DNA of 64,000 bases, taken from the NCBI GenBank assembly GCA_040954595.2, contig CM082598.2:7269097-7333096 (forward strand). Reading direction: 5' to 3'. Position 1 is the stretch's first letter; each line of letters opens with the position of its first letter. A program made the translations under genes and the position numbers. The stretch comes from Balanoglossus misakiensis (taxonomy: Eukaryota > Animalia > Hemichordata). Shown here piece after piece: positions 63,471 through 64,000 of this stretch. Under the pieces are notes generated by a model that saw nothing but the letters and a program-made list of their open reading frames with translations, did no database searches and was not told where the DNA came from.

Positions 63471-64000
63471 GATGAGGATGTCAAAAAAACTGTAACATGT
63501 AACATGAGGTTATTTTGTTAAAATGAACGACCGAACAAACACACAAACAACAAATTGTCATCGCAAACTCCCTTGTGGATAATATTAACAAGCTAAATAA
63601 ATTCCGACGAAATATCTGCCAGTTGATACATTAAGAAAAGTTACTCCCAATAATTCACAAACAAACTCAAATTTGACAATTTGCAAAACAAATAACATTA
63701 CGGATAACCAATACACCAATTTTAAACTGAACTTTATTTATGATTTTCTATCGAAGAATAAACACAACACAACTGACAGTGATGTAATGTTAGTGAACAT
63801 TTCCTGAATGGGACCAATTTATTTTTACACAACCTACACAATATAGAAGAAGATTTAAACAACAACTACAGTGACGTATAGTAGAATTGTCAGAAGACAC
63901 AATGGCCAATTTGGAATAATTTGAGAGGTGTGAAGATTTACGTGGAAACAGATCAAACATCTGTGCTAACCAAACTATGTTTATTTCCTGTAGGAGGGCA

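Overview
AT-rich, intron- and repeat-rich animal DNA; the repeat families suggest a marine invertebrate such as a hemichordate or echinoderm (inference). It has five parts. (1) 16-17470 (-): an unprocessed, frameshifted MED25 pseudogene with VWA, S/P/Q-rich, ACID and Q-rich exons. A 122-bp tandem array has copied one of its splice acceptors five times, and a second, inverted MED25 exon copy lies at ~23874-24040. (2) 32129-35478 (-): a 5'-truncated, frameshifted RTE-X-like LINE, with two further LINE fragments at 47660-49045. (3) 38880-46930: five related Helentron/HINE-like non-autonomous elements carrying ~240-bp internal monomers, which appear nested inside one another with their 3' hairpins stacked in last-in-first-out order. 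(4) 25-bp and 142-bp tandem arrays and many MITEs. (5) 52815-63446 (-): eleven in-frame exons of an ankyrin-ROC-COR-death-domain (ROCO, DAPK1-like) gene whose 5' end lies beyond the window. Each ankyrin repeat is one phase-0 exon, and these exons are amplifying as 617-bp exon+intron cassettes. All family assignments come from motif recognition by eye; no database search was run.
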